A DNA stretch of 64,000 nt from Octopus vulgaris. Lineage: Eukaryota. This document shows, piece after piece, positions 58,501-64,000 of the stretch. The notes below the pieces were generated by a model. That model was not told the DNA's origin, made no database searches, and saw only the letters and a list, made by a program, of their open reading frames with translations. The stretch lies in the NCBI GenBank assembly GCA_951406725.2, contig OX597831.1:19406001-19470000 (forward strand). Direction: 5' to 3'. A program made the position numbers and the translations under genes. The first letter of the stretch is position 1. Each line of letters opens with the position of its first letter.

Positions 58501-58594
58501 TAATGTTCATATGTAGTGGTTTAATAAATTATTTGATTGGGTATTATCTGGTAGTTGATTATTGATTAAGAGGTATTTCTCGATTTTCTTATTT

Positions 58595-58598
<4 letters not shown>
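55548..58598 (-). mobile_element. Penelope-like element remnant: long non-coding 3' region with hammerhead and an inverted 180-bp 5' segment, flanked by (TA)n
   Basis: 58419-58598 is a diverged reverse complement of 55725-55904. Minimal hammerhead at 55936-56062. 58325-58415 (minus) reads IINNINERNH/CLHRLAYTFSRFK*, loosely like a Penelope ORF C-terminus. Confidence 0.6.
55936..56062 (-). ncRNA. Minimal type I hammerhead ribozyme with ~100-nt expanded stem II
   Basis: Minus strand: ATCT-CTGAAGA-[stem II incl. GTATCTCATT/AATGAGATAC]-GAA-ACAGCTGT(palindrome)-A-AGAT; GTA triplet ends at 55940. Confidence 0.7.
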
Positions 58599-58654
<56 letters not shown>

Positions 58655-58821
58655 TATATATGTATGTATGTATGTACGCATCCATATATACACAATTGGT
58701 TTACATTCCTCTCTAACAAATTCTCTGAGAGGTCAGGACACTTACCCAAGTTGTTGCGCTGTAGGACTGAACCTCATACCCCATGGTAACAAATATACAC
58801 ACACACACACGCATACATACA

Positions 58822-58869
<48 letters not shown>

Positions 58870-59263
58870 ATATATAAATATATATATCAATATATGTATA
58901 TATACACACATATATGTATATACCTACATATATATGTATATATACATGCGTGTATGGGTACCGGACATCAAAAAACGTAAACACAAAGAGAAACGAAAAC
59001 AAAAACAAAAGCATAGAAAATGAACATTTTTTCGACCAACCAACAAATACAGAGAAACGGGACAGGCAGCATAAAGGACATTCCACTTCATCAGTTGTCC
59101 CCTGTTTTATCTAATCGGCGCTCGAAGGCAAGGACAATACGCGACTTCGTTAAACTGTCTTTCCCACAAAGCAACTTTTTTTGCTGAGGGAAAGAAGTAA
59201 CAAAAGCAGGACAGTAAGAATAAGACAGTAAAAACAAACGGTCAGGGTTGTTAAGCCAAAAAG

Positions 59264-59306
<43 letters not shown>

Positions 59307-59346
59307 CTATATATAATATATAAATACATATACTCATATTATTATA

Positions 59347-59392
<46 letters not shown>

Positions 59393-60679
59393 GTATAAAT
59401 ACATATACTCATATACATATATATATGTATATATATGTATATATATATATAAATCTATATATAAATCTATACACATATACTTACATACAAGCATTTGAGT
59501 GTATGTGCATCTGTATGTATTTTTGACTGTATGTATGCATGCATATACTTAGAGTTACATATTTTCACTTTTCAGTTAATGACATGTAATTCTAATTTCT
59601 TAATCCGCTCTTTATTTCTATTCTGTCAATGTCAGTTCTTCAAAATTGGTGTTCAAGTTATTGGTTATCTAATAATTTCTCCAAGGAATCAGGAATATTA
59701 TTCTAAATTTACAGCTGAGATTTAGTACGTCATTTCGGCAAAGCTATTTACTTTTTCTTTCTATTGTTACAGTCATATTAACGTTGGCTGGACAACTAAT
59801 TTCTGCCACAGAGCAGGTTTTCTTTTATTCTCTAATACATCATTATATTTCAGCGTAACGTAGGATCTTTTGTCTCATTGCGACGGAAATAATTGCAAAT
59901 TATTACCTGTTAATACCTTCCGTTGTCTACATAGAGTTTGTACAATCCATTATAATTTTCCTTCGACATTACTGCTAATGGTAGAATCATTTGGCAGATT
60001 ATGAGAGACAGCATCGACATGTCGCTCTTCAGTAAACCTCTCTATAATCCACACACACTCAAGGAGCATTCATTAAGCAGATGATGTTTTCATGGGAATC
60101 CTGATCGCACGACTAGATAATATGGATTATAGATGTGCAAGCATTCTAAGTGATGACGTATATCCTGGTTTCCATGTTGATTGCAGCAATATGATTTCGA
60201 ATTCTGGAACGGGCGGTTAATTATGCTCTTGAGCAATACATATTGGTTCTTGTTGCTGCTGATCAATCAGTTACTAATGAGAATCACTCTGCAATGGCCA
60301 GGCGTCTCGTTCAGGCAAACCTTTGTAACTTCGGTGACTTATACGCCATGGAAACATGTCGCTTGCCCTGTGTATTCTATGTCAAAATACATTCTAGAAC
60401 ATTATATCTTTGCTTATTTAAATCATCGTGGTAATCGTTTCTTCGAATTGTACTGCTTCATGTTTTGAAATTTGCATCATATCTCATAACCAGATTGTAC
60501 CACAATGATATTTTCGCACAGCCTCTGGCCCGAGCATGTTCTGTATCTTTTATCTATTTTTTCTACGGCTACTATGATAAATTTTCTTCTTCCGTGCTGG
60601 CTGATCTCGTACTTCTATCACACAGGCTATCGTATTCATTCGGCTTGAAATTTGTCATCATCATATTTGCCCCAACTTC

Positions 60680-61020
60680 GTGATGGAAACGTTTGCTTCC
60701 GTTCATTTTCCCACACGACATCAGAGTCAACACGGAAGTTTATATCGAGTGCGTGAAGGAGTTAGTGATGCCCTGAGTTAAGAGGGTGACTGCTGGAAGA
60801 CCCTATCTGTGACAACAGGACGCTGCATCATGCCACACAAGCAGGAGATCCCAGTTAGGGTTGTCAGACAATTTCTGCGACCATATCACCCATAACATCT
60901 GGCCACATAACTCCCCAGACGGCAGCACTCTTGGTTATTATGTGTGGAGCGCAGTAGAGTGAGAGACCAACAAAACTACTTGTAACATCAAAGATGATCT
61001 GAAGGCAAATGTTAAGGCAG
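60680..61020 (+). mobile_element. maT/DD37D-like transposase catalytic-domain fragment
   Basis: QQDAASCHTSRRSQ...NIWPHNSPD..TLGYYVWSAVE (QQD.AP.H and WPP.SPD.NPLDY consensus) with stops. Confidence 0.75.
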
Positions 61021-61424
61021 GGTTATTAACATCACGCCCTGGAGGAATGAATAAGATGACAGGAGAATATCATCAAATTTATACAAAACTGTTTGATTAA
61101 ATATTCTTCTTTCACTCTTTTTCTTTCCTTTTTTCTGTCGTCTTCTTTTTTCTGTTTTTTTCTGTCTTTTTCTTTTCACCTGTTATAAAATTGTAACTTA
61201 AAAACTGATGATGCCATTCCATCAACGTGTGGACACTGGTTGCTTTCGTTCATGCTTTACGTTTAAATTTCTATAATTTTGAATTTTTATCACTTCTTAT
61301 TTTGAACTTGACAAAGACAGACTTACTGTTGAAATATCGTTCAACTAATAAAATATCTTACAATCGAATCGCGCTCTTCGTCTTGTCTGTTGACCTTTGT
61401 GAAGAATTACGTCAGTCCTTTTTA

Positions 61425-61467
<43 letters not shown>

Positions 61468-64000
61468 GATGTTATCATTATTATTGGGTAAATATTTAAT
61501 TATTGCTTCTAGAATGAGTCGTGTTATTTTTTATGTTACTTTTATAGAAATCAGTTGAATTTAAAATGAGAAAGTCTTTTTGCCATGCTACAATATTCTT
61601 CGATGCTTTACTGAAAGATCAGTCAAGTAGTAATTCAATACATATTTGTATAACTAGAAATGAATTCATTACACCGGAAAAGCTCTCTTACATTTATTTT
61701 ACCCGGCAGACGTGGACATTTATAAACAGAGTGAAACGAAGAAAAATATACACAAGGAATTATGAGTAGCCACATAGAAACATGATTTTCCAATACTCTT
61801 AGATTATGTGTTGTTTGAATATGGATTTAAAATGGCGCATTCTTTTCTGTTGTTGTTCATTTCTGTAATTCTTTCCTTAGTTTCAGAAATTATGTTTAAA
61901 TCCATGTTAGAAACACCTCCTTTTCAAAACTGAATGTATGCCATCCTTTGTGTTATTTCTATGTAATCAATTATACGTATGCTCTGTTAGCGTTTTCATT
62001 ATCTGCTATGCGGCCATATCGGAGCACTGTCTTAAATTGATATTATTCTCTGATGTCGAGTTTAATATTTGTTTGGTATTCGTATTTTACCGACATGCAC
62101 TTATCGTTTGACGAGTTTTCCTGCTTTGGCGGATGTAAATCTATACTATAATTGATAGTGAAAATACATTTTCTGTTCGGAATACATACACACACATATG
62201 CATGTATGTATACTCACACACATACACACATACACACACCCATATATACATGTTTGTATGTTTGCTTATATTTTTAGATATAGCAGGAACTATGCATTAA
62301 TGTGAAAGATTACTGCATATTTGTGTAGTGCGCAAACTTAGTAGTCATTAAGAAGAATAATACTGTGTATATGCATATTTATATGTGTATGTATGTGTAT
62401 ACATATACAAAGTGCGTCATATATTTATACATATATACATGCATACATACATAAATACATAAATACATATGTAAGTATACATTGTTGACCTCATACGAAT
62501 TGAAAACTACGAGAGACCGCCCCTAAATCTCAAACAATACCACTTTAGGAGTTAGGTAGAAACCCAACAAATTAACTGAGATATGTTTATTCGAAAAGAT
62601 TATGAAACGATGGAAGACAAAATTGACCCAAGTGCACTTTGAACACAGAATATTTTTTAAAAAACTGGAGCAAATCATTTTACCAATGTTTAAATGGTTC
62701 TGCCAGTGAACAGTTTTAAATTCAAAGATATACAGTACGATTACTTCTGAGCTTATCTTCGTAACCTCGTTCACATACATTTGCCCAGAATTGTAGAATA
62801 TAAGAGACCATGGTATGTAACAAAATGGCCTTATATCGAATTTATCACAGCCACACCATCTGTCTCTTTGTGTTGTTTATGTTCTCATTTCTATATATAA
62901 AGAAGATTGAATAGAAAAAATATGTGGCAACATCTGTAACCTCTGCTGTGAATGAACGTTTTGATTCCAGTGCAAAGCTGCAATCTATTGTTGAAATCCG
63001 TCATTTAAGTTGGATACTCAGCTCATATGATTTAGTATCACAGAATGTATTTTTATTGCAAATTACTTTTTAAAAATATATAAAATAAGACCAAAAAAAT
63101 AATAATCCATCGCAATGTTATAACAAAGTTTGAAATAACATGTTACACGTAAACTCTCCCGATTTCCTTTCCATAAATTTGTATAGGGTATACAAATTTT
63201 ATCTCGGATATGAAACGTCGGTCATATTCTGTTAATAGTTTGTGGTTTATAATAGAAATTCATTTTGCCTCTAGAAGGAAGTGTAGCACGGAAGTGTATG
63301 AGATTAACCTGTTGCGAATTAATTCTTTTTACGTGATTTTTTTCTTTTATCGTTCTATATTTATTGATATTTTTATTCCTTGTATGTGTGTTAGAATCCC
63401 TAATATATTGGGTGAGAGTCTTTATACATCACACCTGCAATGTAGTTTTGAAATAGTGGCATGAAAGAAATAGTCTTTTTCACATTATGCGGCAGTTAAA
63501 GAATGGCATCGAACTGAACGAAATAGATTATGTTGACAGGAATACGGAATATGGAAATCGATATATCTTAGTTATGTGTGCTACGACAAGGAGGATAATA
63601 CATTCCTATCTATTTTTTATATTTTGCTTCGTTTTCGGTCATATTTTTTATTTCATCGTTTTGGTAGTTTTTCTTATCACTAATACGAGAACACACGAAG
63701 TGGTTTGTGTAAAAATATATTAATCTTTTGAAACTGGGAAAAGTCGTTGTTACGAGATATTAGAGACAGATATGCTCAGTTTGAGTGGCTTTGAAATCAG
63801 CTAATCATAATTTCATAAAGCTAACTCTAACAATTAGTCAATAATACATCGTAGAATGAACCGATTCTAAGTGCAATTTTTTCTTGCATGAGGCAAAATG
63901 AACGATTTCAAAGAACAATGTATTTGCGTGGAATTTTGTTTCGAAGTAGTGTAGTATTTAGGTTGAATGACTTAATTTTTCGATAGGCCAATGAAAAAGT

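Noticed and set aside
61200-61260. CTGATGA followed by a small hairpin
   Set aside because: No downstream GAAA/UH in a pairing context.

Overview
AT-rich, microsatellite-dense eukaryotic DNA with no host gene I can support. The repeat content (tRNA-derived SINEs carrying internal (CA)n/(TA)n tracts, very abundant (TA)n) resembles coleoid cephalopod (Octopus-like) non-coding DNA; that taxonomic call is inference. Most ORFs in the track are microsatellite translations. The real content is retroelements. (1) 805-1772: a non-coding 358-bp tandem unit in inverted arrangement carrying a type I hammerhead ribozyme (retrozyme-like). (2) 12100-22151: five co-oriented R4/Dong-like RLE non-LTR retrotransposon insertions from three families, separated by (TAA)n; one is nearly full length. 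(3) 26950-30918: a rearranged L1/Tx1-like LINE. (4) Two diverged members of an ORF1-only, RT-less retroelement family (36683-38911 with a 15-bp TSD; 31432-~32170) whose 3' ends sit at the same nucleotide of the tRNA-like head of two copies of one SINE family. (5) 55548-58598: a Penelope-like remnant with a second hammerhead and an inverted 5' segment. Mariner/Tc1 relics, RTE/CR1 fragments and several SINE families make up the rest. All alignments and folds were done by eye; no search was run.
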